A stretch of DNA of 64,000 bases from Acetobacteraceae bacterium (GTDB lineage: Bacteria > Pseudomonadota > Alphaproteobacteria > Acetobacterales > Acetobacteraceae): NCBI GenBank assembly GCA_049519555.1, contig JBEKQQ010000027.1:10533-74532 (forward strand), read 5' to 3'. The stretch's first letter is position 1; each line of letters begins with the position of its first letter. The translations under genes were made by a program, and so were the position numbers. This document shows, piece after piece, positions 32,814-41,295 of the stretch. Below the pieces are notes generated by a model. It was not told the DNA's origin, did not search any database, and worked only from the letters and a program-made list of their open reading frames with translations.

Positions 32814-33830
32814 ATGCTCGCCGACGACGATGATGACCGTGGTCAGCGCGAGCGCGATGCGGGCTCGCGGCCCGATCCAGACGCCAAAAGACGAACCACG
32901 CGGCGATTGATCGGCTTCGCGATTCTCGGTGCGTTGTTATTGGTGGCGGGGATCGGCTTCGGTATCTACTGGTGGACCGTGCTGCGTTTCTACGCTTCCA
33001 CCGACGACGCTTACACCCAGGCCGACGCCGTCATCATTGCGCCGCAGGTCAGCGGATACGTCACGGGGTTGCTTGTCACCGACAACCAGCGAGTCCACGC
33101 CGGCGAAACATTGCTTCAAATCGACCCGCGGCCGTATCAGGCGACGCTCGATCAAAGCATCGCCAACCAGGAGAAAGATCAGGCCAACCTGGCGAACGCG
33201 CAGACCAATTTCAGCCGCGATGCGGCGGTCATCAAAGACAACCTCGCGATCAGCCGGCAGCAGTACGATACCGACAACGCCACCGTCGCCGCCGATAAAG
33301 CCCTGGTCGATGGCGACAAGGCGCAGGTCGAAACCGCCCGGCTGAACCTCGGCTACGCGACCATCGTCTCGCCGGTCGATGGCGCCGTGGGCGATCGCTC
33401 GGTGCAGTTCGGCGGGTTTGTTCAACCGGGCGAGGGATTGATGACGATCGTGCCGATGGGGCGCGCGATCTACGTTGTCGCCAATTTCAAAGAGACCCAG
33501 ATCGAACAGATGTTCCGCGGCGAGCAAGCCGATCTCAGCATCGACAGCTTTCCCGGTGTCCACTTCACCGGGACCGTGGCCAGCCTGGCGCCCGGTAGCG
33601 GCGCAGAGTTCGCCCTGCTGCCACCCGAGAACGCGACCGGGAACTTCACCAAGATCGTGCAGCGCGTTCCGGTCAAGATCCTGATCGACAATCCGCCGCC
33701 GGACCGGCTTGACCAGTTGCGGCCCGGTCTCTCCGTCGAGGTAAGCGTCGACAGCCGCACCGCGCCACCCAAAGATCAGCGGCAAACGCTCGTCCCGTTG
33801 GCGGTGGCAAAAACCCCGCCGCCACCCTGA
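32814..33830 (+). CDS. HlyD-family membrane fusion protein (EmrA-like)
   Basis: In-frame ATG at 32814 (MLADDDDDRGQRE...). TM segment LIGFAILGALLLVAGIGFGIYWW, then YASTDDAYTQADAVIIAPQVSGYVTGLLVTDNQRVHAGETLLQIDPRPYQ (the canonical EmrA lipoyl-like hairpin start). TGATG overlap with the MFS gene. Confidence 0.8.
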   Translation: MLADDDDDRGQRERDAGSRPDPDAKRRTTRRLIGFAILGALLLVAGIGFGIYWWTVLRFYASTDDAYTQADAVIIAPQVSGYVTGLLVTDNQRVHAGETLLQIDPRPYQATLDQSIANQEKDQANLANAQTNFSRDAAVIKDNLAISRQQYDTDNATVAADKALVDGDKAQVETARLNLGYATIVSPVDGAVGDRSVQFGGFVQPGEGLMTIVPMGRAIYVVANFKETQIEQMFRGEQADLSIDSFPGVHFTGTVASLAPGSGAEFALLPPENATGNFTKIVQRVPVKILIDNPPPDRLDQLRPGLSVEVSVDSRTAPPKDQRQTLVPLAVAKTPPPP

Positions 33831-35383
33831 TGGCAACCCGCGACGAGCGCGTCAGCGCGCGTAACTGGATCGCCGTGTTTGGCGCCATTCTGGGCGCCTT
33901 CATGGCGGTGCTGGACATCCAGATCACCAACGCCTCGCTGCCGAATATCCAGGGCGGAATCGGCGCCTCACTCGATGAAGGAACCTGGATTTCGACCGCC
34001 TACCTTGTGGCCGAGATTATCACCATTCCGCTGACCGGATGGCTGTCCGACGTTGTCTCGATGCGTCGGTATCTGGTCATCAATTGCGTGCTGTTCCTGG
34101 GTTTCTCGGTGCTGTGCGGGTTGTCCAACAGTCTCGGCATGATGATCGTCTGCCGGGCCGGTCAGGGCTTTACCGGCGGCGTGTTCATCCCGACGGCGAT
34201 GACGATCGTGCTGCGTTGTCTGCCACAATCGAAGCAGCCGATCGGGCTCGCCATGTTCGGCGTCACTGCGACGTTTGCGCCGGCGATCGGACCAACCATC
34301 GGCGGCTGGCTGACCGATACCTGGTCGTGGCATTGGATCTTCTACGTGAACCTGCTGCCGGGCGCGCTGCTGATCGCCGCTGTGAGCTACGGTCTCGATC
34401 CCGAGCCGCCGAAGCTCGATAAATTATGGGAGGGAGACTGGTTCGGGATCGTCTGCATGGCCATTGGCCTCGGCTCGCTGATCACCATGCTCGAAGAAGG
34501 CGAGCGCAAGGATTGGTTCGGCAACCCACTGATCCGCGATACCGCCATTCTGGCGGCGATCTTCATCCCGGCGTTTCTGGTCCGCGAATGGATGTGCCGC
34601 CGGCCTTTCATCAACCTTCGCCTGTTGAAGCAGCCAGGGTTCGCCAGCGCCTCGGCGATCGGGCTGTTCATGGGTCTCGCGTTGTACGGCACGGTTTATG
34701 TGATGCCGGTCTACCTCGATCAGATCCAGGGTTACGACGCTCTGCAAATCGGTGAGGTCGTGATGTGGATGGGCCTGCCGCAACTGCTGATCTTCCCGCT
34801 GGTGCCCTTGACCATGCGGCATATCGATACACGGCTGATCGTCGGCTTTGGCTTCGCGTTGTTTGCGGTCAGCTGCTTCATGAATTCGTTTCTGACGCAT
34901 GATTGGGCGATCCAGCAATTGCGCTGGTCGCAGTTGGTGCGCGCCGCCGGACAGCCGTTCATCATCGTGCCGCTGTCGAGCCTCGCCGCCGGGTCGCAGC
35001 CGCCGTCCGAACAGGCCGGCGCTTCGGCAATCTTCAACGTGATGCGCAATCTCGGTGGATCCGTCGGGATCGCGGCGCTGTCGACCTTTATCACGTTCCG
35101 CGAGCAATATCATTTCTCGATCATCGGTGACTGGCTGACGCAAAATAGCCAACGTACTGCTGCAATGATCAGGGACGTCAGCCGGGCACTGGGTTCTGTG
35201 ACGCCTGCTCAGAGCCTGCAGACGCATGCACGGGCAGTGGCAGAGGTCGCCGCGGTGGTACGCCGCGAGGCGTTCGTGATGGCCTATTCGGATTGCTTCT
35301 TCGTGATGGGCATCGCGCTGGTGCTGTGCATTTTCGCGCTGCCAATCATTCGCCGGCAGCAGACGCCGACGATGGCGCACTGA
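33830..35383 (+). CDS. DHA2-family MFS drug efflux transporter (EmrB/QacA-like, 14 TM)
   Basis: NWIAVFGAILGAFMAVLDIQITNASLPNIQGGIGASLDEGTWISTAYLVAEIITIPLTGWLS is the conserved EmrB N-terminus. Confidence 0.9.
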   Translation: MATRDERVSARNWIAVFGAILGAFMAVLDIQITNASLPNIQGGIGASLDEGTWISTAYLVAEIITIPLTGWLSDVVSMRRYLVINCVLFLGFSVLCGLSNSLGMMIVCRAGQGFTGGVFIPTAMTIVLRCLPQSKQPIGLAMFGVTATFAPAIGPTIGGWLTDTWSWHWIFYVNLLPGALLIAAVSYGLDPEPPKLDKLWEGDWFGIVCMAIGLGSLITMLEEGERKDWFGNPLIRDTAILAAIFIPAFLVREWMCRRPFINLRLLKQPGFASASAIGLFMGLALYGTVYVMPVYLDQIQGYDALQIGEVVMWMGLPQLLIFPLVPLTMRHIDTRLIVGFGFALFAVSCFMNSFLTHDWAIQQLRWSQLVRAAGQPFIIVPLSSLAAGSQPPSEQAGASAIFNVMRNLGGSVGIAALSTFITFREQYHFSIIGDWLTQNSQRTAAMIRDVSRALGSVTPAQSLQTHARAVAEVAAVVRREAFVMAYSDCFFVMGIALVLCIFALPIIRRQQTPTMAH

Positions 35384-35615
35384 GCCACGCCTCCCTGATG
35401 TTCATTGTGGACCTGCTGATGGGACCGCGCGTTTCCAATCGAGAGCCGGAACGCCGCAAACCTGGCGCGCTGCAGGTCGTCCCGTCGATGGGAATGGACC
35501 GCCTGAGTTCCTCCGTTCTCGCGGTACTCGCAGCAGCGGGTTCCGACGAACTCAGCTCCGTACCCTGGCGCCTCTTATCGCAGGATCCGAACGCGGACCG
35601 GCAAACCTCTGACGG

Positions 35616-37790
35616 GTGCCGAACGGGAGATTGACGTTGCTGGATCATTCCGCGGCAGTTCTCATTCTCCAGGTCACGTTGCTCGTGGTGGTCGGCCGCG
35701 CCCTGGGCGAGGTGCTGCGGCGTGCCGGTCAACCTGCCGTCATCGGTTCGCTGCTTTCTGGGCTGTTGCTTGGTCCGTCGTTGTTCGGCTGGCTGGCACC
35801 GCAATGGTTCCACATCGTGTTTCCCGACGACCCGGATATCAAAGGCCTGATCAAGGGAATCGCCGAGATCGGCGTGATGATGCTGCTGCTGCTGACCGGC
35901 ATGGAGGTCGATCTGAGACTCGTCCGCAAGGTGGGTGGACCGGCCGCCGCGGTCGCGGCCATGGGCGTGCTCGTGCCGTTCGTCTTTGGCTTCGGTCTGG
36001 GTGAACTGTTGCCTGACAGTCTGCTGCCCGACCCGGCGCGGCGGACGGTTGCGGCGCTGTTCCTCAGTACCGCCCTGGCGATTTCGTCGATCAAGATCGT
36101 TGCCGCCACAGTGACGGAAATGAACTTGCTACGGCGCGATATCGGCCAGATCGTCGTCGCATCGGCGATTTTGGAAGATACCGCCGGCTGGATCATCGTC
36201 TCGCTGGTATTGGGCTTTGCGGGTTCCGGAGGGATTTCGTTGCGAGCAGTCGCCTGGACCCTGGGCAGCACGCTTGGCTTCCTTGCGTTGAGTTATTCGA
36301 TCGGCCGCCCGCTGGTGGTTCGCCTGATTCGCCTGGTGAACGATCATGCCGAGAGCGACTTCATGGTCGCCACCGCCGTGCTGGCGATCATGCTGTTGCT
36401 GGCCTTGGTCACCTTGTCGCTCGGCATCAGCCCGGTACTGGGCGCGTTCACCGCGGGTGTCCTGGTCGGTGAATCGCCCATACTTGTCGGCAGGATCAGG
36501 GACCAGTTGCAAGGTTTCGTGACCGCATTCCTGGCGCCGATCTTCTTCGGCGTCTCCGGGCTGGGTGCCGACCTGACCATCCTGCGGAATCCGACCTTAT
36601 TGTTGCTGACCGGCGCTTTGGTGCTGGTTGGTAGCATCGGCAAGTTCACCGGCGCGGCGCTCGGCGCCGTGATGAGCCGGCGGCACTGGCGAGATGCCAT
36701 CGCCCTCGGCTGCGCAATGAACGCCCGCGGCAGCACGGAAGTCATCGTCGCCAGCATCGGATTATCGAGCGGCGTGCTGTCACAGGACATCTACACCATG
36801 ATCGTCGCGATGGCGGTACTGACCACGATGGCCATGCCTCCGACATTGAAACGGGCTTTGTCGCGATTGCCGCTCGGCCAGGAGGAAGCCGCGCGACTGC
36901 GCAAGGAGGCAATCGACGCCGGCGGCCTGGTCAGCCGTTTCGAGCGCGTGCTGGTCGCGGCGGATGACAGCCCGAACGGTTCGTACGCAACGGCACTCGC
37001 TGGCTTCCTTGCGGGCCAGCGCGAACTGCCGATCACCGTGCTGAGCCTGGGCGCGGACGATCCGACATCGCCGCAAGATGCCGCGCGGCTTGCGGATGCG
37101 GTCAGACAAAGCGCCCTCGTCTCCGCCAACGTCACCGAGGCCGGCAAGGAGCGCGGCGGCAAGGGCCGTGTCGAGGTCATCGCGCGAGCGAGTTCGGATT
37201 CCGGCGCCGAGATCGTCGCCGCCGAGTCGAAAAAAGGTTTCGATCTGCTGGTCATCGGTCTGGCCGGAATGCATGACGAGCGCACCGGCGAGTTCACCGA
37301 ACGTGTCAACGAACTGGCTGCCGGATTTGACGGTCCGATCGCGCTGACGATCGCCGCCGGGGATCATCATGCCAATCACGCGCGGCACGCCAGGATGTTG
37401 ATTCCGGTTAGCGGTACCGAGAGCTCGCGCCGAGGTGCGGAACTGGCGTTCGCGATCGTGCCGCCCGCGCGCACGCGCTGCGTCGCCGTTCACGTTGTGG
37501 AACAAACGCCGGCGATCGGCAGCGCCGCCAACACGGTAGAGGCGGTGCGCCACGATATCGCTACGTTGGGCGAACGGCACGGCTTCCATGTCACGACACA
37601 GGCCCGCCACGACACGAAGCCGGCGGATGCGATCCTGCGGGCCGCCGCCTCGATCCGGGCCGATCTGCTGGTGATCGGTGCCGAACGCCGCATTGGCGAC
37701 GTGTTGTCACCTGGCAAGACGGTCAGCGCGCTGGTGCAAGCCTGGCGTGGCGACATGGTCATCCTCGCCAGCCAGCGCATGACCGCCTGA
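35616..37790 (+). CDS. CPA2 cation:proton antiporter (Kef-type) fused to two universal-stress-protein domains
   Basis: About 400 aa of membrane domain (VVGRALGEVLRRAGQPAVIGSLLSGLLLGPSLFG), then two USP-like modules (RVLVAADDS..., MLIPVSGTESSRRG...LLVIGAERR). GTG at 35616; a TTG at 35637 behind GGGAGA is an alternative start. Confidence 0.8.
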   Translation: MPNGRLTLLDHSAAVLILQVTLLVVVGRALGEVLRRAGQPAVIGSLLSGLLLGPSLFGWLAPQWFHIVFPDDPDIKGLIKGIAEIGVMMLLLLTGMEVDLRLVRKVGGPAAAVAAMGVLVPFVFGFGLGELLPDSLLPDPARRTVAALFLSTALAISSIKIVAATVTEMNLLRRDIGQIVVASAILEDTAGWIIVSLVLGFAGSGGISLRAVAWTLGSTLGFLALSYSIGRPLVVRLIRLVNDHAESDFMVATAVLAIMLLLALVTLSLGISPVLGAFTAGVLVGESPILVGRIRDQLQGFVTAFLAPIFFGVSGLGADLTILRNPTLLLLTGALVLVGSIGKFTGAALGAVMSRRHWRDAIALGCAMNARGSTEVIVASIGLSSGVLSQDIYTMIVAMAVLTTMAMPPTLKRALSRLPLGQEEAARLRKEAIDAGGLVSRFERVLVAADDSPNGSYATALAGFLAGQRELPITVLSLGADDPTSPQDAARLADAVRQSALVSANVTEAGKERGGKGRVEVIARASSDSGAEIVAAESKKGFDLLVIGLAGMHDERTGEFTERVNELAAGFDGPIALTIAAGDHHANHARHARMLIPVSGTESSRRGAELAFAIVPPARTRCVAVHVVEQTPAIGSAANTVEAVRHDIATLGERHGFHVTTQARHDTKPADAILRAAASIRADLLVIGAERRIGDVLSPGKTVSALVQAWRGDMVILASQRMTA

Positions 37791-37797
37791 CACGGAT

Positions 37798-37827
37798 CGC
37801 GCTCCGGAGCGTAACATCCGGAGCGCG
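37798..37827 (+). terminator. Hairpin downstream of the Kef-USP gene
   Basis: cgcgctccgg (37798..37807) and ccggagcgcg (37818..37827) form a perfect 10-bp stem with a 10-nt loop, 8 nt after the stop. No clear U-tract. Confidence 0.45.
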
Positions 37828-37971
37828 ACAATCGGATCAAAATGATCCCGATGGGTCAGGTGACGTTTTGGTAGGTGGAAGCGTTGTTGGACACCGCGCA
37901 CGTCACCAACGAGAACCGCAGGCCAAGACGATGCACAAAAGGAATCGCATCAGGTCGGCGATCAAACCAAA

Positions 37972-38004
37972 CATCATCCCCGTGACGAGCACACGGGGAT
38001 GATG
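37972..38004 (-). terminator. Intrinsic terminator of the ferritin-like gene
   Basis: Perfect 13-bp stem catcatccccgtg/cacggggatgatg with a 7-nt loop. On the minus strand it is followed by TTTGGTTTGAT. Lies about 57 nt after the stop at 38061. Confidence 0.6.
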
Positions 38005-38060
38005 CGGAGTGCGAATCGGTTATCTGCGGATCGCCTGACCTGGCCTGATGGCCTGATCTA

Positions 38061-38627
38061 TCAGGTCGCGGCTTCTGGCGTCAGATTGCGTAGCAGCTCA
38101 GCAAGGTCGTCGGCGTGCTCTTCCTCCTCGGCCTGGATTTCCTCCAGAATGCGCCGGGTCGTCGAGTCGAACGGTGCGAACCACGTGGCCATTTCACGAT
38201 AGCTGTCGATGGCGATACGCTCCGCAACGAGATCCTCGGTCAGCATTTCGATAATGTCATCGTGCTCATCGTATTCGGTATGGCTTCGCGACATCAGACC
38301 GTCGGGTGAGAAATTCGGCGCGCCGCCCAACTGCACGATACGTTCGGCCAGCCGGTCGGCGTGCACGCGCTCCTCATCCCGGTGTTGCAGGAATTCCGCC
38401 TTCAGCGACGCGGAATGAATGCCCTGGACCGTGAAATAGTGCCGTTGATAACGCAGGACGCAGATCAGTTCCGTCGCCAGCGCCTCATTCAGGAGCGCGC
38501 AGGCCACCTCTACGTTGCCGTTGTAGCTGGCGGTGATCGCGCCTTGCATCATATGCTCGCGGGCGCGATTCCGACGCTCCGTCATGTCCGCCAGAAACGG
38601 CTTCTCTGCGTTGGTTCCGCTGCTCAT
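38061..38627 (-). CDS. Ferritin-like (bacterioferritin/Dps-like) protein
   Basis: 188 aa. LNEALATELICVLRYQRHY, EFLQHRDEERVHADRLAERIVQLGG and RILEEIQAEEEEHADDL are di-iron ExxH-type helix motifs. Confidence 0.8.
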   Translation of the reverse strand: MSSGTNAEKPFLADMTERRNRAREHMMQGAITASYNGNVEVACALLNEALATELICVLRYQRHYFTVQGIHSASLKAEFLQHRDEERVHADRLAERIVQLGGAPNFSPDGLMSRSHTEYDEHDDIIEMLTEDLVAERIAIDSYREMATWFAPFDSTTRRILEEIQAEEEEHADDLAELLRNLTPEAAT

Positions 38628-38766
38628 GAGGCTGTGCCCTCCTTGGGATTGTTTCGTTCAGTGAAGAACTACGAAGCCGGTCTCGGCCGGCATTACACGA
38701 ATTAAAAGTGGCTTACCGGGAGCGTTTTGGTCGCGGCATAATCAGGTTTCCCGACGACGGAAAGGC

Positions 38767-38791
38767 AACGGAGACGTCGGAGAAGAGTTCC
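38767..38791 (-). promoter_or_regulatory. EcfG-type (general stress response ECF sigma) promoter, perfect GGAAC-N16-CGTT
   Basis: Minus strand 5'-GGAAC(38791..38787)-tcttctccgacgtctc-CGTT(38770..38767). About 140 nt upstream of the ferritin-like ATG. Confidence 0.6.
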
Positions 38792-38913
38792 ATCATCTGA
38801 GCAGATACATGGACCCCCCCGACTGGTATTGGACTACGTCACGAACGCCACCGCTGAGGCCGTAACCGTTGGATTACGCAACCTGCCGCGACGCCCTGCT
38901 CCGGAACGTTGCG

Positions 38914-39768
38914 TTATGGATGTTCGTCCCGCAGACTACCACCATAGGCTGCCGCTGCACTTGCAATGAACGCGCCGATCAGCATCGACAAAGCAGTGAA
39001 GATCGAAACCGCTGACGCCGACTTCCGCGCTGCATCCGCAACTTCCCGTGCTTTGGTTTCAGCCGCTTTTTCCTGAGCGATCACGTCGTCGACGCGCTTC
39101 TGTGCGTCATCGTGGGACAGTCCGGTACGGGCTGCCACCTGATCGACCAGATAGGCTTTGTCGGCGTCGGACACGCCACCGTTCGCCATGCCGCGGGCCA
39201 GAATGCGGGTCGTTTCCATTTGCGTTTGTTGGTCTGACGCAGCGAGTTCCGGCTTTTCCCCGCGATACAACATATCCACATCATAGGCGCGCGCGGCCGC
39301 CTGAGCTGATCCGGACACTGCCGTGCCGGCAGCCCGTGTGGCGGTTCCAACGGCTGAGGACACCGCTGAAGCCATGACAAATGCACCGAACAGCGCCGCT
39401 ACCGCCCAGGTAAGAAAGCCGTGTGCGGTGTCGCGGAAGAACACCTCGTGGGTATGAACGTTCACCCATTTCGTGCGCAAGCGGCCGGTGACGAAGCCGC
39501 CAATACCCGATGAAAGCCACTGCACGACAATCAACCAGATGCCACCGACGAGCGAAAACGTGGCCGCCGTTGCGCCGGCGTTGGGCCATGGCGAAATTGC
39601 CGCGAAGCCAAGACCGAGGCCGAGCAAGACAAGCACGATGGTAATGGATGCATCCGCAGCAGCGCCACCCAGGATGGCTTGCCAGGAGACTGCCGACACG
39701 CTTGCTTCAGTGGCTATGCCTGGCGCCTCATAAGGATTACCAGGGACGACTGCTTGCGAGGTCAGCAT
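38914..39768 (-). CDS. Membrane protein of unknown function (4 predicted TM spans plus a charged helical central segment)
   Basis: 284 aa with Gly/Ala-rich TM segments at both ends and an acidic/basic helical middle. The start lies 1 nt after the stop of the 25-aa peptide ORF. Confidence 0.65.
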   Translation of the reverse strand: MLTSQAVVPGNPYEAPGIATEASVSAVSWQAILGGAAADASITIVLVLLGLGLGFAAISPWPNAGATAATFSLVGGIWLIVVQWLSSGIGGFVTGRLRTKWVNVHTHEVFFRDTAHGFLTWAVAALFGAFVMASAVSSAVGTATRAAGTAVSGSAQAAARAYDVDMLYRGEKPELAASDQQTQMETTRILARGMANGGVSDADKAYLVDQVAARTGLSHDDAQKRVDDVIAQEKAAETKAREVADAARKSASAVSIFTALSMLIGAFIASAAAAYGGSLRDEHP

Positions 39769-39769
39769 T

Positions 39770-39847
39770 TCAATGCCATACCAGCGCGAGCAAAATGATC
39801 ACCGGGATCGGCACGCCCAAAAGCCACAACAAAATTCCGCGACCCAT
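39770..39847 (-). CDS. 25-aa hydrophobic peptide (not in ORF track)
   Basis: Reverse complement reads GGAGGtagaaATG GGT CGC ... TGG CAT TGA = MGRGILLWLLGVPIPVIILLALVWH. Strong RBS, EcfG-type promoter just upstream, and its stop abuts the next gene's ATG. Confidence 0.55.
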   Translation of the reverse strand: MGRGILLWLLGVPIPVIILLALVWH

Positions 39848-39883
39848 TTCTACCTCCCGCAAAAAGTATCAACGCTGTCAAAC

Positions 39884-39908
39884 AACGGATAAGGGCTGTT
39901 CCGGTTCC
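39884..39908 (-). promoter_or_regulatory. EcfG-type promoter, perfect GGAAC-N16-CGTT
   Basis: Minus strand 5'-GGAAC(39908..39904)-cggaacagcccttatc-CGTT(39887..39884). About 37 nt upstream of the peptide ATG at 39847. Confidence 0.65.
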
Positions 39909-40032
39909 GCAGCTTAATACGTTTTGAATATTTTACAATCGGCAATCGGGGCGATGCCAGGATGACGCTGCGACGCAGCACACTTTAAACGATCGGACCG
40001 CCGGGTTTACCCGGCGGTCCGTGATTCAATGT

Positions 40033-40488
40033 CTAGCTCTTGCTGTAGTTGAAGGCCGGCTGCGTCTTCAACGATTCCTTGGTGGCACCTTTCAGTACCA
40101 CGCGATTGTCGCTGTCACGCTGCGTGTTGCCGAAGGTCAGATCGGAGTACGGAACCTCGACGTACTTCGTGCCCATGCCGAGGAACCCGCCGACCGAGAG
40201 CACGGCCTTCATCGAGCCGTCCTTGCCAATCAAAAGATCGTCGATCGACCCGACTTTCTCGTCGTGGTCGTTGTAGACCGAGGAGCCGATGATCTTGCTC
40301 GCACGGGCATCGCCCATCTGCGTCATCACCGGATTGCGGTCGTTCGGGTTGGTGCTGGTGACATCGCCGGTTCGGCCGGTTGCCGGGGCCGTCACGGTGC
40401 TGTGCGTGGCGGCGGATTGCGCCATCGCCGGAGCCGTCGCAAATGCGGCCGCCAACATCAGCGCGCCAGGTATAAGGCTGTGTTTCAT
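40033..40488 (-). CDS. PRC-barrel domain protein, secreted
   Basis: Signal peptide MKHSLIPGALMLAAAFATAPAMAQ. ASKIIGSSVYNDHDEKVGSIDDLLIGKDGSMKAVLSVGGFLGMGTKYVEVPYSDL is the classic PRC-barrel core. Confidence 0.85.
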   Translation of the reverse strand: MKHSLIPGALMLAAAFATAPAMAQSAATHSTVTAPATGRTGDVTSTNPNDRNPVMTQMGDARASKIIGSSVYNDHDEKVGSIDDLLIGKDGSMKAVLSVGGFLGMGTKYVEVPYSDLTFGNTQRDSDNRVVLKGATKESLKTQPAFNYSKS

Positions 40489-40539
40489 TCAGTCCTCCAT
40501 GTTTAAGACCATCGCTTTCAACGACGGGACACAGAAACC

Positions 40540-40564
40540 AACTCGGTTATCGAGTGGCGGTTCC
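40540..40564 (-). promoter_or_regulatory. Partial EcfG-type promoter (GGAAC-N16-AGTT)
   Basis: Minus strand GGAAC(40564..40560)-cgccactcgataaccg-AGTT(40543..40540). The -10 element deviates at its first base. About 50 nt upstream of the PRC-barrel ATG. Confidence 0.35.
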
Positions 40565-40597
40565 AGACCGACCGAACTCAATTGGTCGCCCCCGGTT

Positions 40598-40652
40598 AAC
40601 GCCAGTGGGAAACGCCAGTGGGAAACGCCAGTGGGAAATGCCAATTGGAAAC
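40598..40652. repeat. 13-nt tandem repeat (aacgccagtggga), 3 perfect + 1 degenerate + partial copy
   Basis: 40598..40610, 40611..40623 and 40624..40636 are identical; 40637..40649 reads aatgccaattgga. Intergenic, immediately upstream of the putative PRC-barrel promoter. Confidence 0.85.
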
Positions 40653-40663
40653 TCGTGTCCGGC

Positions 40664-40906
40664 TCAACGGCGGCAGCCGCATTCATGGCCGCAAACCCGA
40701 CTTCGCGCCTGCGGAAGTTGCCATGCCTCACCCTCCCGTTGTTCGTCGTGATGTTGAAAATTATCCACGTGACCACTCTGTTCAGGGGCCGACACTGGGT
40801 CGCGATGGCCCTCGGGATGCAACCGCCGCAACGCGCTGTATGCCGGAGAGACCATTCCCACACTGGCGACGCCCATAGCGACGCCGGCGACAAACCGGGA
40901 CCGCAT
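40664..40906 (-). CDS. Possible small secreted His-rich protein
   Basis: ATG at 40906 preceded by GGAGGG. MRSRFVAGVAMGVASVGMVSPAYSA looks like a signal peptide. The remainder is His/Glu-rich with a C-terminal CGHECGC. No family recognised. Confidence 0.3.
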   Translation of the reverse strand: MRSRFVAGVAMGVASVGMVSPAYSALRRLHPEGHRDPVSAPEQSGHVDNFQHHDEQREGEAWQLPQARSRVCGHECGCRR

Positions 40907-41042
40907 GGAAATACCCTCCATTTAGGAGAACCGCCTTACTGGCTCCCGCACTTCGGTAAATGCTCAAACACGGTGATTCGGCCCGGCCAATTCGGCCGCT
41001 TCCGTCTGGTATGATTTCTTTTTCTCCGCAGCGCGGGAAGTT

Positions 41043-41068
41043 GGAACCTTCGCTTCGGTGTGGACGTT
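41043..41068 (+). promoter_or_regulatory. EcfG-type promoter, GGAAC-N17-CGTT
   Basis: GGAAC 41043..41047, CGTT 41065..41068. About 37 nt upstream of the lipoprotein ATG at 41105. Confidence 0.6.
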
Positions 41069-41104
41069 CTCTTACCGGACTGTCATTACATGAGGAATGG
41101 TTCC

Positions 41105-41275
41105 ATGCGATTTTCCCTGTTGCTACCGGCGGCTTTGCTGGCTCTCTCGGGTTGTGTTGCGGTTACACGTTCACCCGAACCGGCGTCCACAACGATCGTT
41201 GCTCCTGCACCCACTTATGCCGCCCCGGTCACCTCGGATACCACCACGACAACGACAAAACGCTGGGGCGATTAA
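41105..41275 (+). CDS. Small lipoprotein
   Basis: MRFSLLLPAALLALSGCVAV contains an L-S-G-C lipobox. AGGAA RBS. 56 aa with a Thr-rich tail. Confidence 0.6.
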   Translation: MRFSLLLPAALLALSGCVAVTRSPEPASTTIVAPAPTYAAPVTSDTTTTTTKRWGD

Positions 41276-41295
41276 TCGCCTGATGCCAGGACGAG

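Noticed and set aside
40598-40652. Tandem repeats here and at 21454..21499 as CRISPR arrays
   Set aside because: The units are 12-13 nt and contiguous, with no spacers and no cas genes. They are simple tandem repeats.
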